Part shown: piece after piece, positions 11,537-20,879 of the stretch
Numbering within the stretch: position 1 is the stretch's first letter
Layout of the letters: each line of letters begins with the position of its first letter
Source of the DNA: Thermoproteota archaeon
GTDB lineage: Archaea > Korarchaeota > JAOZGF01 > JAOZFZ01
DNA length: 64,000 nucleotides
Direction of reading: 5' to 3'
Assembly: GCA_027492035.1 (NCBI GenBank)
Contig: JAOZFT010000032.1
Coordinates: 1 to 64,000, forward strand
The notes under the pieces: generated by a model
Told to the model about the DNA's origin: nothing
Database searches by the model: none
What the model saw: the letters and a program-made list of their open reading frames with translations, nothing else
Position numbers and translations under genes: made by a program

Positions 11537-11844
11537 CTCAACCTCCTTAATTCACGGACATCCAGTGTCTTATATCTCCGATAAGCAATTAAGGCTAAAG
11601 CAATCCCTACACCTAAAATTGCGCCGTCAATTATTATAGCTGTTATTACAAACCCGTGAGCTAACGGATCAATTAAGCCAGAAGCCTGGTTAGCTGAAAA
11701 AGCAATGAAAAGCAGGTTAGGTGCTGCAGACATTATTTCCAAACCAATCAATATCCTTATAATGTTTCTTTTAGTGACTAAGCAATATAGACCTATTGAA
11801 AAAAGAATTGCTGCAACTCCCAAGTAAAAACTTATTTGAATCAT
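11530..11844 (-). CDS. nuoK: Complex I-like subunit K
   Basis: 3-TM protein with 'KRNIIRILIGLEIM' and C-terminal 'TLDVRELRRLRW'. Confidence 0.9.
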   Translation of the reverse strand: MIQISFYLGVAAILFSIGLYCLVTKRNIIRILIGLEIMSAAPNLLFIAFSANQASGLIDPLAHGFVITAIIIDGAILGVGIALALIAYRRYKTLDVRELRRLRW

Positions 11845-11847
11845 TTC

Positions 11848-12126
11848 CTACATTCCCCCCTTAACTTCTCTTCTTAAGAGACATAAAATACATATTGTTG
11901 CTGTGAAAACCACTATCCCCTGAAAAACAGTGTCGTAAAATCTTTTGCTCCAAAGAATTTCAGCGGTTGACCTATATATTCCTTCACTGGCTCTAAGCTC
12001 ATTTCTTCTCTCCTCAGGTACATTTGAAGCAAATTTTTGCGTTGCAACTATGTTTAAGTAAAGAAGTGAAACCAGAACTAAGGCTACAACCACTAAACCA
12101 ACTACGTTTACAGTTTTCACTCCCAT
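11848..12126 (-). CDS. Split NuoJ C-terminal half (J2/MbhE-MrpB-like)
   Basis: 2-TM protein with 'ILWSKRFYDTVFQGIVVF'; sits between J1 and K. Confidence 0.65.
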   Translation of the reverse strand: MGVKTVNVVGLVVVALVLVSLLYLNIVATQKFASNVPEERRNELRASEGIYRSTAEILWSKRFYDTVFQGIVVFTATICILCLLRREVKGGM

Positions 12127-12377
12127 TTACCCCCTTTCGTCATTATTACAGCTAAAAGAAGGAAAACAGCCGCTGCTCCAGCAAATACCCCTATCTGGAA
12201 AAGTGAAACGTAAGGTGCCCCCAAAGTGTAAAATATAATTCCTAAAACAATGCTCATTAAAACAAAAGAAACAACTGCATAAATGAGGTTTTTTGCTTCA
12301 ACAGCTAAAACTGCAAAGAAAATTAAAAGTAAACCAAGGCATATTTCAATTATCGGAGCTATAGAGGCCCAGTTCAT
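12117..12377 (-). CDS. nuoJ: Split NuoJ N-terminal half (J1)
   Basis: 3-TM protein with 'KNLIYAVVSF...LGAPYVSLFQIGVFAGA'. Confidence 0.82.
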   Translation of the reverse strand: MNWASIAPIIEICLGLLLIFFAVLAVEAKNLIYAVVSFVLMSIVLGIIFYTLGAPYVSLFQIGVFAGAAAVFLLLAVIMTKGGKWE

Positions 12378-12877
12378 TTCTTACCCCTCTCCTTCTTTAA
12401 AGGGGCATGTCCAGCTCCCCTCACCTTACTAATCTCTAACTTGACAAGTTTAGGTTTAGGTAAAAGTTTAGGCCTTTCAGGTTGTTTCGAAAGCTTGTAA
12501 GGAGTATAAGTCAACTTGCTTTTTTCGTATTCAGCAAGTTCGACAAGCCAAGTTGACTTTAAAGCTTCAGATGGGCAGTAATCAACGCAGAAGTTACAGA
12601 AACAACATCTGCCGAAATCCAGCTGAGGCTTTTTAAATTTCTTCACTTCACTAAAACCCTCAAGTTCCTTTACTTCAACAAGCTTTATGGCTGCTGTTGG
12701 GCAGACAGATTCGCAAATACCGCATGAAATACATCTTTCTGGAAAGAATTGAATTCTGCCTCTGTAATCATCTTCAATAACAGGTGCTTGGAAAGGGTAC
12801 TTTATAGTGAAGACTCTTCTAAACATATGAGTAAAAGCCAAACATAAAGGCTTCAAAGTTCTAACGACTACAGACAT
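12374..12877 (-). CDS. nuoI: Complex I-like subunit I (2x[4Fe-4S])
   Basis: 'TIKYP', 'CISCGICESVCP' and 'RCCFCNFCVDYCP' motifs. Confidence 0.93.
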   Translation of the reverse strand: MSVVVRTLKPLCLAFTHMFRRVFTIKYPFQAPVIEDDYRGRIQFFPERCISCGICESVCPTAAIKLVEVKELEGFSEVKKFKKPQLDFGRCCFCNFCVDYCPSEALKSTWLVELAEYEKSKLTYTPYKLSKQPERPKLLPKPKLVKLEISKVRGAGHAPLKKERGKK

Positions 12878-12880
12878 TCA

Positions 12881-13900
12881 TTAACCCCCCAAAATCCATG
12901 GATAAAAGTAAATTAGATCCATCGTGACTAAAACATTTAAAATAGCTAAAGGGATAAGCCATTTCCAACCTATAGACAACAATTGATCTATTCTCAGCCT
13001 CGGGTAAGCTCCACGTATAAGTATCAACAAAAATACAAGAATCCCCATTTTAATCAAGATCCAAGCCATTGGTGGAAGAAAAGAGGGCCCCAAGTATCCC
13101 CCTAAATAAAGCGTAACAAATAAAAGTGTTCCAGCAGCAAAGGTAATGTATTCCCCAAACATTAATAAACCGAAAAGTATTCCGCCATACTCTGTTTTCC
13201 AGCCGAAAACAAGTTCCTGTTCAGCTGTAGGAATGTCAAAAGGCACTCTCTCAATTTCACCTATTAAAGCAATAAAGAAAACTAAAGCTCCTAAAGGTTG
13301 AAGGAAAGCAAACCAAAGGCGTCTTTGGCTTTCAACTATGTTCACTAAGTTAAATGAACCTGAAAGCATAACAACTCCCAAAGCAGAAAGAAGTAACGGT
13401 ATCTCAGCCGCAACATCTTGGAAAATAACCCTTAAACTCCCTATCACAGTATACCTGTTGTTGCAAGCCCAACCTGTAATCATGGCAAGTAAAGGAGATA
13501 AAGCAAAAACAGCGAAAGCAATAAGTAAACCTAAGTCGCTTGGGAAAACAACCCAATCTTTACTAAAAGGAATGGCTGTTAACGCCAGCGTAGGAACTGA
13601 AGCTACAAAAACAGGTGTTAAATAGTAAGCTGCCTTATGAGCCCTTCTAGGGGGAATAAATTCTTTAAAAAGCAATTTTAAAGTGTCAGCTATCGTTTGC
13701 AGTATCCCAGCCACTTTGCCTACATGTAAAGGACCGTATCTCATCATGACCCTGGCTAAAATCTTCCTTTCAGCCCAAACTACAATGACAGTGAATAAAG
13801 CTATGAAAGCTATTCCTGGTATAAAAACTAATTCAAGAAACAATTTACTTTGTAGAATGTCCCAAATTAAACTCCATAAATCTGGAGACATATTTTTCAC
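12881..13900 (-). CDS. nuoH: Complex I-like subunit H
   Basis: 'WAERKILAR', 'RVPFDIPTAEQELVFGWKTEYGG' and 'PRLRIDQL' motifs. Confidence 0.95.
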   Translation of the reverse strand: MKNMSPDLWSLIWDILQSKLFLELVFIPGIAFIALFTVIVVWAERKILARVMMRYGPLHVGKVAGILQTIADTLKLLFKEFIPPRRAHKAAYYLTPVFVASVPTLALTAIPFSKDWVVFPSDLGLLIAFAVFALSPLLAMITGWACNNRYTVIGSLRVIFQDVAAEIPLLLSALGVVMLSGSFNLVNIVESQRRLWFAFLQPLGALVFFIALIGEIERVPFDIPTAEQELVFGWKTEYGGILFGLLMFGEYITFAAGTLLFVTLYLGGYLGPSFLPPMAWILIKMGILVFLLILIRGAYPRLRIDQLLSIGWKWLIPLAILNVLVTMDLIYFYPWILGG

Positions 13901-15036
13901 CTGTCACTGTCTAAAGGGAATGGATCTAGACTGAATACTAAAATAGGTAGGTCAGCCACTAAACTCCCCTTTGAAATATGTCTTAACAAAGACAAGTTTT
14001 TGAATGAAGGGGTAGCTATTTTAACCCTGTAAGGGTTAGCTCCCCTTTTGCTTACAACATAAAAATTTATTTCTCCCCTTGCAGACTCTACTCTACTAAA
14101 TGCTTCACCAGGGGGAAGAATCCAAGGGGTTTTGACTTTTACTCGTCCAGAAGGTAACATCTCCAAAACTTGCTTCATTATTTTGACGCTCTCCCTCATT
14201 TCTTTGTATCTAACCATACATCGGTCGTAAGCGTCTCCCCTTTCCCCAACTGGAATTTCGAAATCAACTTCTTCATAAGCTGCATATGGTTCATCCTTTC
14301 TAACATCCATTTTAACCCCTGAACCGCGTAAGGTTGGACCTGCAGCACCTAACCTTATAGCATCTTTCTTTTTTAATACTCCAACCCCTTTTGTTCTCAT
14401 TTCAAACAATTTGTTGTTGAAAAACATGTCATACAGAGTTTTTAATCTTCCTTCGAAATAATCAAGGATTTCAAAGGCTTTCTCCTTAAATCCTTCAGGG
14501 ACATCGTATCTGACACCGCCTGGAACAATGTAAATATAACTGACTCTTGTTTTAGAAAGCATTGCCCCCAAATCTAGGAAAAGTTCCCTTTCATTTATAG
14601 CCCACATTAAAACAGTGTAAAAACCAGCTACAGCCCCCATTAAAGAAGTCCAGTAAAGGTGGCTTGTGATTCTGTTAAGTTCACACATGAAAGTCCTAAG
14701 TAGTTTAGCTTTCTCAGGCACCCTTATATTCAAAAGTTCTTCCATGGCTTTTACGAAACCTAAATCAACATTTGAAGCATCTAAAATGCAAATTTTCTCA
14801 ACGGATGGTATAGCCGAAATTATTGTTCTGAATTCGCAAACCTTTTCAATTCCTCTATGTGTGAAGCCAATATCTGGAATTAAATCTAACAGGTTCTCTC
14901 CATCTGTCTGGAAAAGTACCCTCATTTGTCCACTTGCGGGGTGAACAGGACCCCAAGAAATCCATTTCTCTTCTAGTTTTTGTTTTTCACTCATCTTCCT
15001 TGACCTCGAAATCTTTTCTGAGGGGAAAGCCTTCAT
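13897..15036 (-). CDS. nuoD: Complex I-like subunit D (no NiFe-binding CxxC pairs)
   Basis: 'WGPVHP', 'HRGIEK', 'ELNRITSHL' and 'ESARGE' motifs. The hydrogenase L1/L2 positions read KICILD and DPFPLD. Confidence 0.92.
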   Translation of the reverse strand: MKAFPSEKISRSRKMSEKQKLEEKWISWGPVHPASGQMRVLFQTDGENLLDLIPDIGFTHRGIEKVCEFRTIISAIPSVEKICILDASNVDLGFVKAMEELLNIRVPEKAKLLRTFMCELNRITSHLYWTSLMGAVAGFYTVLMWAINERELFLDLGAMLSKTRVSYIYIVPGGVRYDVPEGFKEKAFEILDYFEGRLKTLYDMFFNNKLFEMRTKGVGVLKKKDAIRLGAAGPTLRGSGVKMDVRKDEPYAAYEEVDFEIPVGERGDAYDRCMVRYKEMRESVKIMKQVLEMLPSGRVKVKTPWILPPGEAFSRVESARGEINFYVVSKRGANPYRVKIATPSFKNLSLLRHISKGSLVADLPILVFSLDPFPLDSDR

Positions 15037-15448
15037 TCCAATCTTCAGGTAAAAGTAGATACGCTAAGTTAGGGTGTCCTTCAAAAACAATGCCTAAAAG
15101 TTCCCATGTTTCTCTTTCATGCCAATTAACTCCTTCCCAAACCTTTATTAACGAGGGAAGGGAGGGGTTATCCCTTTGAACACGGGTTTTGAGGGATAAA
15201 ACAATTCCATCTGCGGTGGAAAGCACATGGTAAACAACAAGGAAATAGCCTTCCTTTATTAAATCAACTCCCGCCACTGACAAGGGATAATCAAAACCTA
15301 GTTTATCCCTAGCAAAAAATGCAGCTTCGATTAATTTCCCTTTAGACACCTCCACAGAAATCCTCTTCTCTCTTTCAATTTTAACTTCAGCCTCAGGGAA
15401 ATGTGCCTTAAACTCTTCCAGAAGTTTAGTTTCTTTCATATTCTTCAC
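14987..15448 (-). CDS. nuoC: Complex I-like subunit C
   Basis: 'NWHERETWELLGIVFEGHP' and 'FPLRKDF' motifs. Confidence 0.93.
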   Translation of the reverse strand: MKNMKETKLLEEFKAHFPEAEVKIEREKRISVEVSKGKLIEAAFFARDKLGFDYPLSVAGVDLIKEGYFLVVYHVLSTADGIVLSLKTRVQRDNPSLPSLIKVWEGVNWHERETWELLGIVFEGHPNLAYLLLPEDWNEGFPLRKDFEVKEDE

Positions 15449-16026
15449 TTCTCTTGACTTTTTTTGTTTTTGTTGCTGTGGGTTGATTTCTGGCCAGTTT
15501 TTTCCTCTAAGCTTTCTGAGTTATTCTTTGGAACTATTGCTCCACTCTCTAAATTCTCTTTTCTAATCTTCTCTTGAAGCATTCTTAAGGCATGGATTTG
15601 AGCTTCAGGTCTGGGAGGACAGCCTGGAACAAAAACATCGACTGGAATAACTTTGTCTATCCCCTTAACTATACTATATGATTCCTTAAATAAGGCGCCA
15701 GTGATGGAGCAATTACCAAGGGCGATGACGTATTTGGGGTCGTAAAGCTGGTCATACATGTGTTTAACTCTCTTAGCCATTTTTTTAGAAACAATACCTT
15801 CAATCACCAGTAAATCATTTTGCCTAGGAGAAGAAATAGGAAGTGTTCCAAAGCGTTCCCAGTCGTAACGAGAGCAAGAAACAGCCATGAACTCTACACA
15901 GCAGCAACCTGTTTCAAAATGTACTGACCATAAAGAACTCAGCCTTGCCCAATTGGCGACATATTGAATCAGGTTATTTAAGGTTTTTATTACTTTAGGC
16001 CCTCTCTTCACTTTTCTCAGGGACAT
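15445..16026 (-). CDS. nuoB: Complex I-like subunit B
   Basis: 'GCCCVE', 'RYDWERFG', 'SPRQ', 'GNC' and 'VDVFVPGCPPRPE' motifs. Confidence 0.94.
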   Translation of the reverse strand: MSLRKVKRGPKVIKTLNNLIQYVANWARLSSLWSVHFETGCCCVEFMAVSCSRYDWERFGTLPISSPRQNDLLVIEGIVSKKMAKRVKHMYDQLYDPKYVIALGNCSITGALFKESYSIVKGIDKVIPVDVFVPGCPPRPEAQIHALRMLQEKIRKENLESGAIVPKNNSESLEEKTGQKSTHSNKNKKSQEK

Positions 16027-16398
16027 TTACCTTATCAGCTCCTTCCCCTTCATTGAGCTTAGGAAGTAAGTGATTGCAAACACTACCGTAACTAAATAAA
16101 CTAACATAGGAAGAACTATTGTAGTTAATGTTTTAAATATGAGGGAGCCTGCAAACAAAATCCAAGTTAAAGCATCTAACACAAAGAAAATGGCAGCGTA
16201 GGAAAAATACCTTATTCCCCCCTTCATCTCATAATATGTTTCTTCTGGAGGAGTCTGGCCGCACTCAAAAGTCGCTATTTTTTTGGGGTTTGGATTTCTT
16301 TTTACAAGAATATAGGAAATTATTACTGTCGTAGCCATGAAAATTGTCATTTCTGCGAAAAATATCCAAAAAACCAAAGGACCTGGTATATTTATCAC
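16027..16398 (-). CDS. nuoA: Complex I-like subunit A
   Basis: 'KIATFECGQ' and 'RYFSYAAIFFVLD' motifs. Likely GTG start at 16398 after GGAGG (ORF track gives 16449). Confidence 0.88.
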   Translation of the reverse strand: MINIPGPLVFWIFFAEMTIFMATTVIISYILVKRNPNPKKIATFECGQTPPEETYYEMKGGIRYFSYAAIFFVLDALTWILFAGSLIFKTLTTIVLPMLVYLVTVVFAITYFLSSMKGKELIR

Positions 16399-16610
16399 AT
16401 CCACTCCTCCCCCTCCTAACCTTCGGAATGGTTTAGAAATATTATTCAATTATAAATTTTTCTATTTTGAAAAAACCCTATAGTTCTCTGTTAAAAACTT
16501 GTTACAGTTAAAAAAATTTATTTTTTATGTAATATTTCTTTATTTTTTTCAAAACATAATCTTTTTGTGGGACAAGGAGAGCCTACGCCCTTTTCCACAA
16601 GTTCTTATAG

Positions 16611-17585
16611 TTACTTGCCGTTCTTTTCTTTAAAGAGAATGCCCTCCACTTCAAGCAGTCTTTGCATACCCTTTACTTCATAGGGGAAGAGGGGGATTTC
16701 GATTATTTCTTTCTCTCTTCCAAAATCTTTCCTCAACATTTCTATGTACCTATTTTGCATCTTTTTCCTTTTGTCAAGGAAGTCACAACCTGTTTCCGGA
16801 ATTACGTAATTAATTATTATTCTTTCAATGTTTACACCATAGCTTGTGAACTCCTGGATTATTCTTTCTGTTTGATAAACTCCTAACGCTTCAGGTAAAG
16901 TTACAACTATAAACTCTGTTTTTTCTGGGCTTTTTAGGAAGTCAATAACTTTTTCCGCTAACAACCGCCACCCCCTAATTATTTCTAATGGCGACCTTTT
17001 AGCCTTTCTTAACCCAATAGTTGACCTCAATTTTTCTACGTACCCTTGTAGGGAAACATAAACTTTAGCAGCTGCTTCTAAATGGTTCAAGAAAACATAA
17101 GGTAAACTTAACAGCCTCATAGTATGCCCTGAGGGGGCTGTGTCCCAAATAATGACTTCAAATTCCTTGTTTTCAATCAATTCAAGTATGTAGTCGAGCA
17201 TGAATTCCTGGTCAATCCCTGGTGCGCCGGCTATGTAATCAATTATGTTATATTCTACTGGCAGAACTGTTGACAATGCTTCATACACTTCAGGGCCGAA
17301 TTTCTTTTTCCACCTTTTTATGACTTCATCAGCTCCTATTTCCACTCCATAAAGGTTGTTTAATTCCTTTATTTTTGTTTGTTTAGGTCCTATGTTTGTT
17401 TCGAAAATATCTGACAGTGAAGGCATCGCATCTGTAGAAATAATCAAGGTCTTCTTTCCTTTTCTTGCAAAATGAACAGCCGTGACAGCTGCACAAGTAG
17501 TTTTGCCTACTCCTCCTTTTCCCCCAAACATTATTACTTTTCTTCCAGCTTTTTCAAGTTCTGAAAGTGAAGGCAAATTTTTCAC
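16611..17585 (-). CDS. ArsA/GET3 (TRC40) family ATPase
   Basis: Deviant Walker A 'KGGVGKTT', plus 'STD', 'PGIDQE' and 'DTAPSGHTMRLL'. Likely GTG start at 17585 (ORF track gives 17672). Confidence 0.92.
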   Translation of the reverse strand: MKNLPSLSELEKAGRKVIMFGGKGGVGKTTCAAVTAVHFARKGKKTLIISTDAMPSLSDIFETNIGPKQTKIKELNNLYGVEIGADEVIKRWKKKFGPEVYEALSTVLPVEYNIIDYIAGAPGIDQEFMLDYILELIENKEFEVIIWDTAPSGHTMRLLSLPYVFLNHLEAAAKVYVSLQGYVEKLRSTIGLRKAKRSPLEIIRGWRLLAEKVIDFLKSPEKTEFIVVTLPEALGVYQTERIIQEFTSYGVNIERIIINYVIPETGCDFLDKRKKMQNRYIEMLRKDFGREKEIIEIPLFPYEVKGMQRLLEVEGILFKEKNGK

Positions 17586-17785
17586 CTTTACCCCTTTCCT
17601 GAAAGTTAAACTTTGAGGAAAAATTTTAAAAGGGTATTTATTTCTTATGTGCAAGTTTTTAGTAAGAGCCAAAAAAGGGTTTATGCATACTTATTTCCCT
17701 TCCTTAAGGCTTAAAAAAAGTAAATTAGTAATGTTTTAAAGAAAAAGTAGTTTCTTCTCTTTCAAGAGAAAATGATGAGGGGGAG

Positions 17786-18559
17786 GTGCATAGTTTGAAT
17801 CTTTTAGGTTGGCTTTACTGGTTTACTTTCAATTTTTTCCCGCCAATAATGTTTACAATTGTCATTATAGGTGTTTTGTTTAGAATAGCTTTGTGGTTCA
17901 GGGGCGGGAAAGTTTCTTGGCTGCGTAACAGTATAGGATGGTCGAACGGGAAAGAAAAACTAGTTTTTTTTGGGAAGTTCATTGTTTATTCACTGGAGGG
18001 GTTAATTCTCGACCTGATTTTCTTCCGTAAAATAGCTAAAAGGTCGATTAAATTTTGGGCTGCAGCTTGGCCCATGCACTTTTCTGCAGGGTTGCTGATT
18101 TTAAGCGGCATCCACCATGCAGCCCACACTTACTTCCTTGGTTTCTCTGCGAATAAACCTATAACTCACTTGAGTGATATTTTACCTCTTTCACGGGTTG
18201 CACCTTTCAATCTTCCTTTTCAAATACCTGGTTTACCAATTCCTCAACTGGTGCAAGTAGTACTTGGAATTATTTTTTTTATTGAATTATTTGTTCTCTT
18301 AATGAGGCGTTTATTATTTGAGGCGCCTAAACTCATTTCTGAAACAGACAACTATTTCGATTTGGCTATTATGATAGTAACTGGTTTTGCTGGGTTAATG
18401 AGCGGTTTAGGTGCAGAACCTGTTATTTTTTTCAGAACTCTCCACGGATTATTTGCTCAACTTTACTTCCTGGCCATACCATTCACTTTTTACACTCACA
18501 TTTTCGGTGCACCTATAAACCAACTTGTTTTAGCTGCTTACAAAGCTAAGTTTAGTTGA
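17786..18559 (+). CDS. NarI/HdrE/DsrM-like membrane cytochrome b subunit
   Basis: About 5 TM helices with His pairs (WPMH...GIHH; RTLH...FYTH) and 'ISETDNYFDL'; overlaps the next gene. Confidence 0.75.
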   Translation: MHSLNLLGWLYWFTFNFFPPIMFTIVIIGVLFRIALWFRGGKVSWLRNSIGWSNGKEKLVFFGKFIVYSLEGLILDLIFFRKIAKRSIKFWAAAWPMHFSAGLLILSGIHHAAHTYFLGFSANKPITHLSDILPLSRVAPFNLPFQIPGLPIPQLVQVVLGIIFFIELFVLLMRRLLFEAPKLISETDNYFDLAIMIVTGFAGLMSGLGAEPVIFFRTLHGLFAQLYFLAIPFTFYTHIFGAPINQLVLAAYKAKFS

Positions 18560-19869
18560 GGTCGCCTAGGATGAGTAAAGGGATTTTTATCTCTGTAGAT
18601 AAAGTATCCAAGGCTCAAATGCTTCAACTGGACATATGTTCACGCTGCGCACTCTGTGCAGAGTATTGTCCAACATATAACGAAACAAGGGACAAAGTTT
18701 TAATACCTGGTGAAAGATCTAAACAGATAATGAGTCTTGTGAAAAAACAAAAAGGACTCCTTACTTTTTTCACAGGCCCTAAATCTGTCAGTAAAGAAGA
18801 ATTAAGTGACCTAAATAAAGCAGGGTACCTTTGTACACTCTGCGGCCAATGCACCTACACCTGCCCTACCGGCATCCAAACAACTAATCTTTGGTTAACT
18901 TTAAGAAATATTTTGTTTGAAGCAGGAGTTTCTCCTCAACCCATGAAAGACTTTTCAAAAATTCTCTCTGAGAATTATAATTTTCTGGGTCACTCCAATA
19001 CTGAAAGAGCTGACTGGGTGGATTTCAGGTTGAAATTCAATAAAAGGAAGATTAAGAAACTAGATGAAAAAAGAAGAAGCGAACTAAGATATGTTGAGTT
19101 AAGGAAGGAAGATATATTAAAAAGGGAAGCAGATGTTGTTTATTTTATAGGTTGTAACTCTTCCTTTTTTAAAGGGTTATCTGGTGCAGCTGACGCAATG
19201 GTTCACATCTTGAATGCTGCAGGTGAAAAAGCAACCATTTTGGGTGAAGATGAATGGTGTTGCGGCTACCCCTTCCTCTTAGCTGGTAACATAAAAAAAT
19301 TTGAAGAATTTGTGCGCCATAATTTGGGAGAATTTAAGAAAAGAAAGGCTGATACCGTTGTTTTCACATGTGCTGGATGCTACAAAACATTTAAGCATGA
19401 GGTACCTGAAATTCTCGGTATAGAATCTAACTTAAATTTTCTACACTCCTCCCAATTAATTGAAATATATTTTAAAGAAGGGAAGCTTCCATCTTTGCCC
19501 GAAGAGCAGGAAGAGTTAGTGATTACCTACCACGATCCGTGTGACATTGGGAGATATGGTTTAATCTATGAAGAGCCCCGTGAAATCCTTAGAAAAGTAA
19601 ATGTAACCCTTAAAGAAATGCGGGATACAAAAGAAAAAGCCCTTTGCTGCGGTGGAGGAGGATTAATGAAAGCAGTGAACAAAGAATTAACAAATAAAAT
19701 AGCTGTCAAAAGAGCTCAGCAGGTGGTGGAAACAAAGGCAAGTAGAGTTTGTTCAGGTTGTCCCTCCTGCGAATCAACCCTTAAAGAAGGGTTACAGAAC
19801 CTAGGAGCCAAGGTACGTGTTTTAGACATAACAGAAATAATAGCTGAAAAACTTGGTTTGCTCCCTTAA
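18556..19869 (+). CDS. HdrD/GlpC-like Fe-S oxidoreductase (2x[4Fe-4S] plus two CCG domains)
   Basis: 'CSRCALCAEYCP' and 'CTLCGQCTYTCP'; CCG domains GC..CCG..CAGC and HDPC..CCG..CPSC. Confidence 0.9.
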   Translation: MRSPRMSKGIFISVDKVSKAQMLQLDICSRCALCAEYCPTYNETRDKVLIPGERSKQIMSLVKKQKGLLTFFTGPKSVSKEELSDLNKAGYLCTLCGQCTYTCPTGIQTTNLWLTLRNILFEAGVSPQPMKDFSKILSENYNFLGHSNTERADWVDFRLKFNKRKIKKLDEKRRSELRYVELRKEDILKREADVVYFIGCNSSFFKGLSGAADAMVHILNAAGEKATILGEDEWCCGYPFLLAGNIKKFEEFVRHNLGEFKKRKADTVVFTCAGCYKTFKHEVPEILGIESNLNFLHSSQLIEIYFKEGKLPSLPEEQEELVITYHDPCDIGRYGLIYEEPREILRKVNVTLKEMRDTKEKALCCGGGGLMKAVNKELTNKIAVKRAQQVVETKASRVCSGCPSCESTLKEGLQNLGAKVRVLDITEIIAEKLGLLP

Positions 19870-19916
19870 TTTAATCCTCCTTTTTTACTTTTTAAAAAAG
19901 GGAAGGGAAGTAATTT

Positions 19917-20345
19917 TTATTTTTTCAGTTTTTCAGTTATTTCTCTTTTAATCCATTGTGTTATCTCGTCTGGTGAGTGGTAAAGATTTTTTAGCTCCTC
20001 CTCTAATTTACTGGGTTTTATTACTGCAATCCATCCCTCTCCATATGGGTCTTTGTTAATTAAGGTGGGATCATCCTCCAATGCCTCATTTGACTCAACA
20101 ACTGTTCCTGAAATAGGTGAAATCAATTTCCCAACCCATTTACCGCTTTCCACAGTACCGATTGGCTGTCCTTGCTCAACTTCATCCCCTTCGAAAGGAG
20201 TATCTATGTAAACTAAATTCCCTGCAGCTTTAGCCCCAAAGTCATTATATCCTATCCTCACCTTATCCCCTTCAACTTTAACCCAACAATGGTCTTTATG
20301 GTAATATAACTCCTCTGGAAACTCATACTCATCTACCTTAACCAT
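19917..20345 (-). CDS. gcvH: Glycine cleavage H-like lipoyl carrier (GcvH/LbpA-like)
   Basis: 'YYHKDHCWV', lipoyl-Lys motif 'VESGKWVG' and 'INKDPYGEGWI'. Confidence 0.92.
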   Translation of the reverse strand: MVKVDEYEFPEELYYHKDHCWVKVEGDKVRIGYNDFGAKAAGNLVYIDTPFEGDEVEQGQPIGTVESGKWVGKLISPISGTVVESNEALEDDPTLINKDPYGEGWIAVIKPSKLEEELKNLYHSPDEITQWIKREITEKLKK

Positions 20346-20879
20346 TTTCTTTAACCTCCAAACCTATAGATTCACAGATATTTGCTTCCTTTCAAAAAGG
20401 AAAGAAGGTAAAGGCTTTTTACACAGGGAAGTAATTTCATTAATTTAAATGTTACTAATTATTCACACCACTTAAATGTATTCACTAGGTTTTCAAACAT
20501 GTTCAGGAAAATGGAAATTTTAAACAGGAAAAGTTTATACTGAGGGAAACATGTCGAAACATCTTTTTTAAATTAAAAATATGAAGAACTATGTTAAAAT
20601 GGAATTTATTACGCGTAAAAAGTATATAAAAGTAAGTGCTTTATTTAAAAACTTTTACCTAACTTCTGCGGTTCCTGTGGATATTACAAAAGTAGTTGGA
20701 GCAATTTCAATTTGAAAATTTATTTCTTCCTTAATCGTTGATTGTCGAATTGAGAAACAGCGAAAACAGTAAAATTTAAATTCCCCAGCCTCATCAAGGG
20801 GACGCAAACAAAAATTCCTTTCTAGAAATAAAAGAAAATTATTAAAAAGGAATTGTTTAAATTGAAAGAAAAGGTTTAG

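Noticed and set aside
13897-15036. Group 4 NiFe hydrogenase large subunit
   Set aside because: Both CxxC metal-binding motifs are missing, and there are no maturation genes in the window.
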